A stretch of 48,347 bases of DNA, filler included, from Dimargaris cristalligena (taxonomy: Eukaryota), in assembly GCA_003614675.1 (NCBI GenBank). It is 2 parts of 2 records of this genome, joined end to end, with 100 filler letters (N's around TTAATTAATTAA, not from the genome) between each part and the next. Parts side by side here need not be neighbours in the genome. Positions count along the whole stretch, not along the records: positions 24,229 to 48,347 come from ML002595.1; 1 more part is not named here. One strand, written 5' to 3'. Numbering within the stretch: position 1 is the stretch's first letter; every line of letters begins with the position of its first letter. The translations under genes were made by a program, and so were the position numbers. Positions 34,556 to 45,478 of this stretch are shown piece after piece. The notes beneath the pieces were generated by a model. The model did no database searches. It was not told the DNA's origin and saw only the letters and a program-made list of their open reading frames with translations.

Positions 34556-35557
34556 ATGCCCGCCGCTAACAGTGCCACTGCTCCCTCCAGCAACACCCCT
34601 ACGGCCACTGCTGCTGCCTCCCAGGGCTCATCAGCCACGGCCATTTCCAAGTCCAAAATTATCACCTTTATTGGCGGTGGTAATATGGCCGAGGCTATTC
34701 TGGGTGGCCTTATCGCCCAAGGCTACCTGCCTGAAAACCTCCGCGTCTCCGACCCCATTGCCGAGCGCTGTGTGTATATGCACACCAAGTATCGGGTGCC
34801 CGTCTACACTGATAACCCCGCCGCCCTGTGCGGTCAGCCCGGGGCCAGTCCCGCCGGTTGTGCCTCATCGTACCCTACCGATGGGCGGTCGTCTGACATT
34901 ATCATCCTTGCTGTCAAGCCCCAGGTCACCCAATTGGTCCTGGCCCCTCTGGGTGCCGAATTGACCCAAACCCAGCCCCTGCTCATTTCCATTGTCGCCG
35001 GCATTCGCATTGCCGATCTACTCCGCTGGATCAAGCCGGCCGTCCCGCAAAACACCCCCGCTAATCTTCCCCCCGTGGTCCGGTGCATGCCCAACACCCC
35101 CGCCCTCGTGGGCCAGGGTGCCTCGGGTCTGTTCGCGGATTCCCGCGTCTCTGAAACCCAGCGGGCCATGACCTGCGAAATTCTGGGCGCCGTGTCCAAG
35201 GTCTTCTGGGTGGACCAGGAAAATCTGATTGACGCCGTGACTGCCGTAAGCGGGAGTGGTCCCGCCTACTTCTTTCTGATGCTCGAAGCGATGCAGCAGG
35301 GAGGCTTGGCCGCCGGTCTATCGAGCCAGATGGCCGCCGAATTGGCCGCCCAGACTTGTTTGGGAGCCGCCACCATGATCCTTAACTCCTCCGACTCGGC
35401 CGCTGAACTGCGCCGTAAGGTCACCAGCCCGAAGGGTACCACCGAAGCCGCCATTAATACTATGATCGCCGGTGGTCTGAAGGAGGCCGTCGTAGGTGGT
35501 GTCATGGCGGCTGACCGCCGGTCGAAGGAGTTGGCCGACATTCTCGGTCAGCAATAA
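34556..35557 (+). CDS. PRO3: Pyrroline-5-carboxylate reductase, intronless
   Basis: FIGGGNMA Rossmann motif, IILAVKPQ, VVRCMPNTPALV, TAVSGSGPAY and LRRKVTSPKGTT. Confidence 0.97.
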   Translation: MPAANSATAPSSNTPTATAAASQGSSATAISKSKIITFIGGGNMAEAILGGLIAQGYLPENLRVSDPIAERCVYMHTKYRVPVYTDNPAALCGQPGASPAGCASSYPTDGRSSDIIILAVKPQVTQLVLAPLGAELTQTQPLLISIVAGIRIADLLRWIKPAVPQNTPANLPPVVRCMPNTPALVGQGASGLFADSRVSETQRAMTCEILGAVSKVFWVDQENLIDAVTAVSGSGPAYFFLMLEAMQQGGLAAGLSSQMAAELAAQTCLGAATMILNSSDSAAELRRKVTSPKGTTEAAINTMIAGGLKEAVVGGVMAADRRSKELADILGQQ

Positions 35558-36513
35558 ATGGTAGTCCTCATGTACCCCTCTCTCTCTCCGCTTTCTTTTG
35601 TTGCAATGCTATCCAACAGGCGTTGATCGTGGTGTTTCATTTTCTCTTTCTCGCTCTTGCTATTTATATAAATGATCGATTTAACCAGCCAAGAGCTTCT
35701 TTCCATATCTGATATTGGTTTTCTGCATTTAAATATCACTCTTACTTCCACTTTACCATCCCGAAGCCCACCTGCTTTTCAAAATACATTTGGATAAACC
35801 TTCAATTTATATAGCTTTTTGGCGTGATTGCTAATCATGGGGGTATGCCAAATTCGACCTGGTGGTATAAGAATATGAATAAAACACAAAAAGGAGCCTT
35901 TTTGGAATGTCTCATTATACCAGGAATCACCCAGCCTGGCTAATCCCCATTTCTTTAATAAGTGTTACAGCTAAACTACGCACCTGTGTAAGTGAATGGG
36001 TATTATAATTTTTAATAGAGAGATAGTAGTTTGAAGACAATCATGGTTTCAATGGTTACATAATAGCTCAAACTATATCAAGAAGGAATCAAGTGTCCTG
36101 ATCCCCCCAACCCAAAATCTGGCCTTAATCAGAGCCACAATATAGCTTAACAAGCCAGCCGTTGAATTTATTTATCATAGAGAAATAGGCAAAAGCTTTT
36201 TGCGGTTTAAATTGCTCTATACGTCGAACCACGCTTGCCCCCCCCCCCTTGTCGAGCCACACTCCTCACCAAAATACTTTATAGGCATCATTGGGTGCTT
36301 CTTTTGACCTTTTTCCCTACCAAGGTTACAAAATTTCGACACTGTTACCTATAGTTTGGCTGCCCTATACATTCTTTTTCCAAAGAATTTTGCATTACAC
36401 GGCAGTTAGATTCAGCCTTTTCCTTGTAGACCATTCCGGTAATTCTGTCTATACAATTTAATTTTTATATATACCTATATCCCCCCCATTCATCTAATTA
36501 GCATTAGTCTGAT

Positions 36514-37866
36514 ATGGCCCAGTTCAAAGACCTCGAGTCGAAGCTCCACATCTCCGTCGGGAATGTCGAGCTCCACCCGGCCAAATTTACCAACCCCATT
36601 TCTCAACATGCCTTCCCACATGCCGTCAAACTCTCCTTTTTCGGCTACAACCAGGATCCCACCCAGTTTATCGAACAAAACCTCACGCTTCCCGCACCGC
36701 TCTCGTATTACTTGGTCAAAATGCCCCTCGGGGAGCTCCTTGATCCCGCCTTTATAACGCCGTTTGTTCCCCGGTCTAATGCTGGTAGTGCCGATAGTGG
36801 TGGTAAAGGGGCTGCCAAACCGGGCCCGCCCGCCCCAGTCGGCGAAGCCGGTGGCATTCTCTCGGTCCTCTCCATGAATACCCGCATCGACCAACACGAC
36901 GTCTTTGCCCTGACTCCTTCGGGACATTTTATTTTCGATTTGACCAAAGACACTTACGAACTCAGTGGCCTGACCGGAGGTCGGCTCACATCGTCCCCTA
37001 CCACCACGACACTCCCCAACCCTGTGCCCCGGTTCGTCGTTACTGTGGATCTGCATACCGACCCGGCGTTCCAACCCGGTACGAAAGCGTACACGCGGTT
37101 CCGATGGACATTGGACAATATTTTAAACGCCCCCGCGGAATTCGCCTTGACGTGCATTGACCCCCAGACGGGGGCCGAACCCGCCCAATGGCACAACCGG
37201 CTCCCAGCGGCATGGTCACCTGAGCGGATCGACATGCCCGCACCCACATGGACGACAACGAGTCCGTACCAGCCGATTTTAATTCCCGCCACAGCCACGG
37301 CTACGGCCAAAGCTACAGCTACAGCTCCAGACACGGACGCGAACACCACCACCGACTTGATCAGGACCACGCTTGGTGCCCCTTTTTTTACCCAGTTGAA
37401 TTCCAAAGTGGCCCGGCAATTGCCCGAAATCTTTCGGGACCGGGCCCAGGAGATTTTCGAATGGCTCGGTCTGTACTATCACGAATCCCCCCGCATCGCG
37501 GAAACTGACCGATCCCGCCAATCCAGCATTTCCCATTACCAGGTCCCTAAGCCCCACCAGTCCGGCGTAGCCCTAACCCTATCCTACAGCGGATTTCTCT
37601 CGCCGTATACCGTGCTGGCGTTTTACCGGCAACTACCCCACCTTATCCGGAAGTGGAATGAATCGGTCATTGACCGACAGGACCCGAAAGCCCAACCCGC
37701 CTGGGCGGCCTTGTCGGTGTGGGGGTTCAAGGATGCTCCCGTGTCCTACGGACTTAAACAGCGGAATGTACTGTCTAGCGGGGAGAACGACTATTCGTTG
37801 CTTCTCGGCCCTGATAATGAAGGTGTGCTCTATCAGGTATGTGATATACTCGATGAATATAGTTAA
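36514..37866 (+). CDS. RPP40: Ribonuclease P/MRP protein subunit p40
   Basis: Motifs L.KDTYELSGL.G, EIFEWLGL and the C-terminal WAALSVWGFKDAPVSY...GENDY typical of the Ribonuc_P_40 family. Confidence 0.88.
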   Translation: MAQFKDLESKLHISVGNVELHPAKFTNPISQHAFPHAVKLSFFGYNQDPTQFIEQNLTLPAPLSYYLVKMPLGELLDPAFITPFVPRSNAGSADSGGKGAAKPGPPAPVGEAGGILSVLSMNTRIDQHDVFALTPSGHFIFDLTKDTYELSGLTGGRLTSSPTTTTLPNPVPRFVVTVDLHTDPAFQPGTKAYTRFRWTLDNILNAPAEFALTCIDPQTGAEPAQWHNRLPAAWSPERIDMPAPTWTTTSPYQPILIPATATATAKATATAPDTDANTTTDLIRTTLGAPFFTQLNSKVARQLPEIFRDRAQEIFEWLGLYYHESPRIAETDRSRQSSISHYQVPKPHQSGVALTLSYSGFLSPYTVLAFYRQLPHLIRKWNESVIDRQDPKAQPAWAALSVWGFKDAPVSYGLKQRNVLSSGENDYSLLLGPDNEGVLYQVCDILDEYS

Positions 37867-38140
37867 TCGCTCCCCTCCCCCCTTCTCATGGCGAAGCCAA
37901 CTCGCGCGATTTCTTTAATTTTAATGTTTTTTTGTTAAATCAACTAGAATACAGCCTTGTCAGTATACTGGTATGAAAATAAAGTGTTACTACTTGATCA
38001 CTACTGTTCTACGGACACCTATATTGGTCCAACATAATAATAAAATACAAAGCAGAGGGTAGGGTACAACCGTAATACTGAATTACAGATAGGGGGATGC
38101 AGGGGGGTTATACGAGACATCAATGCCATATACTGCCGAA

Positions 38141-40627
38141 TTAGTCCAGTTCCTCTCTGCCGTGCTGCTGCGCCACGAGTTGAACCAGTTCCGTGGACGG
38201 CTCAATATAATTTTGCCGCATCAAAGGGAAGAAGTTTTCCGCATCCCGGTACATTCCCTGCTGACACAAACACCGCACAATCAACTCATAGGTCGTATGA
38301 TCAGGCTGGGCGTAAGGTTGATTCGATGTCAGCATCGTTTCCAGCACTTCCATGGCCTCGTCCAAGTGGTCCGTTCCTTTGGGTCCCAGCAGCAGGTACT
38401 CCAGCCACCGGTTATATAAGCGAACGGTGTAGGTCAGGCCGGCGGCCCGAATCTCGCGGGGCAGCTTGGGGCCGACGACCAGCCGGGTGGACGGGTGGTC
38501 CCAGTGGGTGATGCAGACTTGCAGGAGGGCTTCGAATGTGGCGACGGTGGGGCGTAGGTGGGATTGGCAGAGTTGGCGGTAGAGGAGGAAAGCGGGAGCG
38601 GGAGCGGGTGGGTCGGCCAAGGCTGCGTGGAGGGGGATTAGCGCGTTGTAGTCGGTGATGGTCAGACGCGGGTGCTGGGCTAGCCGTTCATCGACGAGGT
38701 CGCGCGCACGGCTGGGGCGGCTGGTATCCAGCAGGGCCTGGGCGATGGCCCACATCGTTTTATGCGACCACTCAAAAACTCCACCCGTTGACTCGACCGT
38801 GGAGGGGTCACTACGACTGGAATGCAGGTCAAATAATTGGAGGGCCTGTTGGGGCTGGCTGGACTGACTAAACGCAGCGATCAGAACTTCGATGGTTGAT
38901 TGTACGGGCGGTAGATCGGTCCATAGTGCCGACTCACTAAAGTAGCGGTCAATCCACGGTTGGTCCATCAGCTCCATACCCTCAGTCCGGGCAATAAGCT
39001 GGATAATCGCCTGTCGTTCCATAGTGGTCCAGGTAGTTTCCTGGGGCTTTAAACAGCGCGTATAGCAGGCCTGAACCGCTTCAAACTGACCCTCAACCCA
39101 ATAACCCTGGGCCAGAGCGATGTAGGTGGAAGTAGGAAACGCCCAGTCGTACTGGGTCTCTAAGACTTGGAGGCGTTGCTCGGCTTCGGCGACCATGCCG
39201 GAGTGAGTAGTTCGATTTAGCCATGCTTGGGCCACGGCTACGTAAGGTTGAGCGGAAAAGTCAATAGATTCCAGCTCAATTGCCAGGGGCGAACCAGGGT
39301 ATTCTGACTGGTCGTGGTCAACCTCAGATGTGGCTACGATAGTCGTAGTTGGAGCTGCCGCCGGATGGGTCGGCGAATAGATTGCGGATAACGCGAGGGC
39401 CTCAATGAACGCAGTAGCCACCGAGAGAGTAGGATGCTCAGTCAGGTCTGGAGGTGCAGGGGTGAACATATTCGTAAAAGCAGTAGGAGCAGTAGTCGGG
39501 CCAGTAGTGTTGGTAGGGGTAGTAGGGTAGTGATGATACCAGGCGGCTAAAGCTCCGTAGCCATCACCTATTCGCCGGAATCCTTTAAACAACGCTAAAT
39601 AGAGATCCCCCGGGAATGGATCGAATATCTTCCACCGACGGGCTATTGCTAGAGCCCACGAGGCCCACCGTGGTTCATCCAGTATCAAATAGGCCTTAAC
39701 CAACACCACAAAGTCCTGGTCATCGAATTGTCGCTCGATGGGGGACCCAGTAGACCCTTTGATGAACCGTGATGCATTTAATGTGCCGCCTTCGCCATCA
39801 AGTTGTCGCAGCGATGCTTCCGGGGGCGGATCCTTCCAATTAGATGGCATAAACAGAGGAGCGTTATCCAGCGTTGATGATTCCAGCGCGGGATTCTCGG
39901 TTAAATAATGGGCCAGCCATGCTGACCAGAGACTGGGGGACGTGCCGATCCAATGGTCAAGGGTAAACCGCAGTCGATCAGCGGGCCAAGTAATGATATT
40001 TCGTGTTCCAACGGCCTCTTCATCAAGGGTGAATATCGAGTCGGCGGGGCAGGTATCCACGGGTATATCGGGGCTCGTCTGGGCTACAGCATCGGTTAAC
40101 ATGGTCACCCACTGCCGCCATTCCGCAGCGGTGAGTTGGGGTGAGTTTTTACCGCGGCAGCGTATCCGAAATAGGGACCAGAGGGGATCGGTCCGGTGTG
40201 ACGACCGGGATGGGGAACGGAGTAACCGGCGGAAGCGGGCGACCGGCTGGTTAAAGGGCTGGTGGGACAGGGCCTCCCGCTGACGACGGGGGCGGGGCTG
40301 GCGATAGATGGGCGAGGTGGGAGGTTCGCCCATATCATCCGGGGAGGGGTGAATGCGAGTGGCATGGAAGCGGTCGGGTAGGAAGGGGCGGGGGAAGTCT
40401 TTAGAAGGTAGTTTACCGGACGTAGGAGGAGCAGAAGCAGAAGTAGAGGTAGAATGTGCAGGAGTAGGGGCGGCCTCTTCGACTAGACCAACGGACCGTT
40501 TGTAGTCTTCGAACTTCTGGGCCAGAGTTACGGGCGAGACGGCGCTGACCGGGCGGAGGTGTTTAGGTCGCCACCGGTGGTGTAGTAAGCGGCGCTGGCC
40601 AGGACCAGCGAGGCGGAGCGGCTTCAT
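38141..40627 (-). CDS. Mitochondrial pentatricopeptide-repeat (PPR) protein
   Basis: Arg-rich presequence and PPR-like helical repeats (TYIALAQGY..EGQFEAV, DYNALI, PTVATFEALL, LYNRWL..LDEAMEVLETM, QPDHTTYELIVRCLCQQGMYRDAENFF..M). Confidence 0.8.
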   Translation of the reverse strand: MKPLRLAGPGQRRLLHHRWRPKHLRPVSAVSPVTLAQKFEDYKRSVGLVEEAAPTPAHSTSTSASAPPTSGKLPSKDFPRPFLPDRFHATRIHPSPDDMGEPPTSPIYRQPRPRRQREALSHQPFNQPVARFRRLLRSPSRSSHRTDPLWSLFRIRCRGKNSPQLTAAEWRQWVTMLTDAVAQTSPDIPVDTCPADSIFTLDEEAVGTRNIITWPADRLRFTLDHWIGTSPSLWSAWLAHYLTENPALESSTLDNAPLFMPSNWKDPPPEASLRQLDGEGGTLNASRFIKGSTGSPIERQFDDQDFVVLVKAYLILDEPRWASWALAIARRWKIFDPFPGDLYLALFKGFRRIGDGYGALAAWYHHYPTTPTNTTGPTTAPTAFTNMFTPAPPDLTEHPTLSVATAFIEALALSAIYSPTHPAAAPTTTIVATSEVDHDQSEYPGSPLAIELESIDFSAQPYVAVAQAWLNRTTHSGMVAEAEQRLQVLETQYDWAFPTSTYIALAQGYWVEGQFEAVQACYTRCLKPQETTWTTMERQAIIQLIARTEGMELMDQPWIDRYFSESALWTDLPPVQSTIEVLIAAFSQSSQPQQALQLFDLHSSRSDPSTVESTGGVFEWSHKTMWAIAQALLDTSRPSRARDLVDERLAQHPRLTITDYNALIPLHAALADPPAPAPAFLLYRQLCQSHLRPTVATFEALLQVCITHWDHPSTRLVVGPKLPREIRAAGLTYTVRLYNRWLEYLLLGPKGTDHLDEAMEVLETMLTSNQPYAQPDHTTYELIVRCLCQQGMYRDAENFFPLMRQNYIEPSTELVQLVAQQHGREELD

Positions 40628-41765
40628 TCGCTATCGAGGGGCGTCGTTGAAGAAAGGAGTGGGAGAGAGGCACACTGCGAATTACGGGCGTGGCCAGCTA
40701 ACAAAGGGAGCGGCGGGGGTTGTACAGGGCTCGTAGAGAAGTGGAATCAAGAATGCTCTACCCGCTACCCAATGGGGCCCCTCATTGGCATTACTTAAGG
40801 AATACCTGGGTCAGTCGTGTCGTGGTAACTAAGCGAAACAGCCGTTGCTGATTTTTTTGTCCAATCCAGTCGATATTCCTCCCCTTCACACTAAAGAGCT
40901 GGTAAGATGAACACTGCGGTAGCGGCGCACCTTCTTCCACACCCTTAAATAGCCCGTATCATCACGTGACAATACGCTCTAGTGGTCTTTTGGTTAGTAT
41001 AATAATTATCCATTATATCAGTGTTTCTATATTCTTGCTCAATAAACCATACAACCCTCTACTAATTTGAGTTGGATATAGCAACCCACGAGATTAGAAT
41101 AGACAGGATGCACACACTCCAGCATTAATCGGTTAGGAATGGCAATTATCCGAGGTTCCGCGAGCTCAACCAACCTATACCCCAGTATGAGATAGCACAA
41201 GGCAACCTCCGGCTCTATTATGTATATTACAGAATGGGGCAGAATTCAACGGAACGCTGGTACAACATCTAGAAGGTTCAGGCTAAACATACTTTATTCG
41301 TAACTACACCGAAAGGCCCGAAGGATTACAAAGCTATCCCTAGCCTGCCATTAATAATGCTGCTTTAGATAATTCCATTTTGCTATGAGCAGCCCGGGCA
41401 ATGGTCGTTAAGCGAGGCTGGCCGTATGCTGGTGTCATCATAGTATACACCACCAACCACCGCCCGTATTTTTTTCGCCCCTCATTTGTATACTTACTTA
41501 TGCCTCCATCTCCCCAGGCGCAGCTTCGCCCTCACTCGACTTATGGTTCCTCTCTCTCTCTCTCTCTCTCTTTGCTTTTCGTTTCGTTTAATCAGTTGCA
41601 TTCTTCTGTTAGTTCCGGGGTTTATCCATTTCGTCATCCATTGCATTGCCTCGCTCCCCTCACCTCAGCCGAGCGCCCCACTGTCATCTCCCTGTTTTAT
41701 AAACTACCTACTGACTTACTTACCCGGCGACTTAGCGATCCTTCTCCCCTTTCTCAGCGTCCACC

Positions 41766-43499
41766 ATGAGTGATTCGAACAACCCGCAGCAGCAGCAGGA
41801 GGCCCAGGCCGACCTAACTGCCAAGCTTACCCGTATGGGCATTAACGTACAGGCCCCCGAGTTCAAGCCCAGTGTCAAAGCCAGAGAATTCGTTCCCAGC
41901 TGGAAGCAGCGTTCCACCCCGGCCCCGGCCCCGACCGCTACCACCACTACTACTTCTACTCCTTCCGCTACTACCATTGCCCCACCTCCACCTCCGGCCG
42001 CTAATCCCGAGCCCGAGCCTGAACCCGAAGCCGCCCCTTCCGTAGTGGAGGAGCCCCCCAAGGCTGCCGAAGCCGAGCCCGAAGCCCCCAAACCAAACCC
42101 ACCGACCCCCTCTAAGGCTTCCAAAACTCCCGCTTCCGCTGTCGTCCCCGAGCCCGAGCCCGTCGAGGAGGAGGAGGCTGAGTTTGACCAGAGTCTGCTC
42201 GACGAAAACTTCAAAGAACATTTCAACATTGTCTTCATCGGTCACGTCGATGCCGGCAAATCGACCATGGGCGGCAACATCCTTTTCCTAACCGGTATGG
42301 TGGATAAGCGTACTATGGAGAAATACGAACGGGAAGCCCGCGAAGCTAACCGGGAGTCGTGGTACCTGTCGTGGGCCCTCGACACCAACGCCGAAGAGCG
42401 AGCCAAGGGTAAAACTGTTGAATGTGGTCGGGCGTACTTCGAAACCACCAAGCGCCGTTACACTATCCTGGATGCCCCCGGGCATAAGAACTACGTGCCC
42501 AGTATGATCGGCGGGGCAGCCCAGGCCGACGTGGGGGTGTTGGTCATCTCGGCCCGTAAAGGTGAATTCGAAACGGGTTTCGAGCGGGGCGGTCAAACGC
42601 GGGAACACGCTGTGTTGGCCAAGACCTCGGGCGTCAAGAAGCTGATTGTGGTCATCAACAAGATGGACGACCCCACCGTGCAGTGGTCCAAGGAACGGTA
42701 CGACGAGTGCCTCACGAAGCTCTCGCCCTTCCTCCGGGGCGCGGGTTACAACCCCAAGACCGACCTGGAATTCCTGCCCGTGTCTGGTTACACCGGGGCC
42801 AACATCAAGGATAAGGTCGCCAGGGACGTCTGCAGCTGGTACTCTGGGCCCTCCCTGCTCGATATGCTGGACAACCTGCAGGCCGTGAACCGTAAATTCA
42901 ACGGCCCCCTCCGTATGCCCATTTCCGAAAAATACAAGGATATGGGTACCGTGGTGGTGGGTAAGGTCGAAACCGGTCACTTGGTGAAGGGCCAGAACGT
43001 GATGCTGATGCCCGACCGGCGCAACTGCGAAGTTGCCTCGATCCACAGCGAGGAAAACGAACTTAAAACCGCCGTCTGCGGCGACAATGTGCACATTCGC
43101 CTCCGTGGGGTCGAAGAAGAAGACATTTCCGTCGGTTTCGTCATGTGCGACACCAAGCACCCCGTCCACGCGGTCACCGCTTTTGAAGCCCATTTAGTTA
43201 TTCTGGAATCCAAGAATATCATCTGCGCGGGTTACAACGCGATCCTGCACGTCCATACCTGTGTGGAAGAAGTCAGCCTGGCGGGCCTCCTGAAACTGGT
43301 GGACAAGAAAACGGGCCGTAAATCGAAGCTCCCCCCTCCGTACCTCAAGAAAAATCAACATGCCATTGTGCGTTTGGAAACGAGCCAGCCCATCGTGGTG
43401 GAAACGTTTGAAACGTCGCCACAATTGGGTCGGTTTACCCTGCGTGACGAAGGAAAGACCATTGCCATTGGTAAAATTACCCGACTGATCACGAACTAA
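41766..43499 (+). CDS. SUP35: Eukaryotic peptide chain release factor GTP-binding subunit eRF3, intronless
   Basis: GHVDAGKST P-loop, RESWYLSWALD, DAPGHK, NKMD and the eRF1-binding GRFTLRDEGKT motif. Confidence 0.98.
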   Translation: MSDSNNPQQQQEAQADLTAKLTRMGINVQAPEFKPSVKAREFVPSWKQRSTPAPAPTATTTTTSTPSATTIAPPPPPAANPEPEPEPEAAPSVVEEPPKAAEAEPEAPKPNPPTPSKASKTPASAVVPEPEPVEEEEAEFDQSLLDENFKEHFNIVFIGHVDAGKSTMGGNILFLTGMVDKRTMEKYEREAREANRESWYLSWALDTNAEERAKGKTVECGRAYFETTKRRYTILDAPGHKNYVPSMIGGAAQADVGVLVISARKGEFETGFERGGQTREHAVLAKTSGVKKLIVVINKMDDPTVQWSKERYDECLTKLSPFLRGAGYNPKTDLEFLPVSGYTGANIKDKVARDVCSWYSGPSLLDMLDNLQAVNRKFNGPLRMPISEKYKDMGTVVVGKVETGHLVKGQNVMLMPDRRNCEVASIHSEENELKTAVCGDNVHIRLRGVEEEDISVGFVMCDTKHPVHAVTAFEAHLVILESKNIICAGYNAILHVHTCVEEVSLAGLLKLVDKKTGRKSKLPPPYLKKNQHAIVRLETSQPIVVETFETSPQLGRFTLRDEGKTIAIGKITRLITN

Positions 43500-44314
43500 A
43501 AATCTAAGTTGGGTGCTGTTTGGGATGCTGTAGGGATTGAAAGAGCGTGTATGTATTGTTCGTAGTGGGGTGGAATAGACACTGCCACCGCAGAGGGATG
43601 GATGGAGAGGGGGGGGTTACTATACACCCCCTAACCTTGTAGAAGTGTGTGGAAAGCTCTAAAGTGATTTAGGGCACATCTCTTCTCTTCTAGGGCTTTC
43701 TCTTCCTTCCCCCTCCGCTTGTTTATTTATTTGTTGAAAACACGTTACCTTACATTACTAAGAATATAATAAACAATCGTCTCTGATAAATAGCCCAGCC
43801 TTGCCAACTAATCATTTAATAGCTGTCAGCCGAATTCGCATCAAGCAATTAGATTGGAAATGGCCTCTAGAAACTGCCTAGAGATGAAATGACAGGGCCC
43901 ATTAAACCAAATGGGGGATCTAGTCGCCCATGGGGAAGGTGTACTTTCACCTATGGATTATGTATAACTATTTACCCTTTACTACATTAGTGCATGCAAG
44001 TTCCCGTTTTTTTGATAGAGTAATTCGGTTAACAAGAGGCCAGCCGGCTGGTCCGTGTTTTATTGATCACATATATAGGATAATCAGCTAATTGGGTAGA
44101 TAAGGAGGACGAGTAATAGAAAGGAAACAATGTGTTGGACACAGAGAGTATGATTAACATTGAATAGGACTTAATGCAAGAGTTTGTCCATTGGGTTATA
44201 AAACCCGAAGTTGGCGAGCAAGCCCAGGAAGGGTGGTGGATCAATGGGAGGCAGGCAGGGGAGAGAAGACGCAATAACAAGGCAAGGAAGAGCTATAGGC
44301 GTATTATAAAAATA

Positions 44315-45478
44315 CTATTCCTTCTTGCTTTTCTTGGTGCTCTTTTCGGACTCCTCCTCAGTGGACTCCTCGCTCTCCGTTTCGTCACTCTTTCCCTTGG
44401 TATCCTTCTTAGAGCTGCTGCTGTCTTCGGAGCTCTCTTCACTCTCGCTGCTGCTGTCTTCGGAGCTCTCTTCACTCTCGCTGCTGCTGTCTTCGGAGCT
44501 CTCTTCCATCGAAGTGTCAGTGGAACTTGTGTCGCTCTTCTTGCTACTGGACGTACTGTCGCTACTCTCGCTATCCGTCGTCTCGGCAATTGTCGTATCG
44601 CCGTCCGCATCGGTACTGGTGGAATTTCCGGCGGCTGAACCGGCCCCGGCACTGACCGTATTGCCGTCGAGGGAGGCCACGGTTTCCATTTTATCAATGT
44701 ATTTACAGTCCGCGTACGCCGCCTTGTCGCCCTTCTTACCGACCAGTTCCAACGGGAAAATGCTGCCTTCCCCACCGGTCACTGTATTCCCAGACACCGT
44801 AATCTGGGGCCGATCGGTGTAGAACTTGGTGTAGTCCTTGCCGTCGGCAAACTCATTGATCACAATGGCCTGCGTTTTGCCGCCGTGGGTAAAGGCGAAA
44901 TTAAAGATGGCCAGGGGCGGACCGGTGAACGAAGTGGCCGTCGCACCGTTAATGACCACCCGCATACAGTTCCAATAGAATTCCCGGAACCCTTCCTTGT
45001 TCACCCACGTCCACGAGATGAGCATATTGCCGCCCGGCAGCGAACTGGGGATGGTGAGCTTGGCGTCGTAATTGCCACCTTCTGTCTTGGCATCCTCCAG
45101 GCAATTGGGTTCGAACTGGAAGGAAACGAACGTTTTACCCCCGTTATACGAGGCGGCCCATTCGCAGTAACCCCCCTTGTGGCTGCCGTGGTTGGCGAAG
45201 ACAATCGGGTTGGTGGAGCCCGACTTGTAAGTGGCGGATATCTTGTCGTTGGGCATGGTGCGGCAGACGCCCCCGTTGAGATTGGTCACCCCCTCCTTAT
45301 CATTGAACTGGAGCGCTTGGCCCGTCGGTCCAGCGAGAATGTCGTCTTGGCTGCCGAAGCCCTTACAGGCCGGGTTATCGGAGTTCATGATGCAGGGGGT
45401 CCACATGCTGAAATGGGCCCGCACGGGTGCGAGGACAACCGCTAGCAGAGAGACGGTGGAAAGAAGTCGGAGGGCCAT
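44315..45478 (-). CDS. Secreted AA11-like lytic polysaccharide monooxygenase with acidic Ser-rich tail
   Basis: Signal peptide ending VRA followed by His1; HKGGYCE (second His), IP..LP.G, SWTWVN..G.REFYWNC (axial Tyr region), matching the AA11 consensus. Confidence 0.85.
   Translation of the reverse strand: MALRLLSTVSLLAVVLAPVRAHFSMWTPCIMNSDNPACKGFGSQDDILAGPTGQALQFNDKEGVTNLNGGVCRTMPNDKISATYKSGSTNPIVFANHGSHKGGYCEWAASYNGGKTFVSFQFEPNCLEDAKTEGGNYDAKLTIPSSLPGGNMLISWTWVNKEGFREFYWNCMRVVINGATATSFTGPPLAIFNFAFTHGGKTQAIVINEFADGKDYTKFYTDRPQITVSGNTVTGGEGSIFPLELVGKKGDKAAYADCKYIDKMETVASLDGNTVSAGAGSAAGNSTSTDADGDTTIAETTDSESSDSTSSSKKSDTSSTDTSMEESSEDSSSESEESSEDSSSESEESSEDSSSSKKDTKGKSDETESEESTEEESEKSTKKSKKE
44414..44506 (-). 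repeat. 33-bp coding tandem repeat (~2.8 copies) encoding ESEESSEDSSS
   Basis: Unit GCTGCTGCTGTCTTCGGAGCTCTCTTCACTCTC repeated perfectly twice plus a 27-nt partial copy. Confidence 0.92.

Noticed and set aside
41732..43424. Long antisense ORFs over SUP35, including one of 301 aa
   Set aside because: Expected antisense shadows from strong C-ending codon bias; no recognisable domains.
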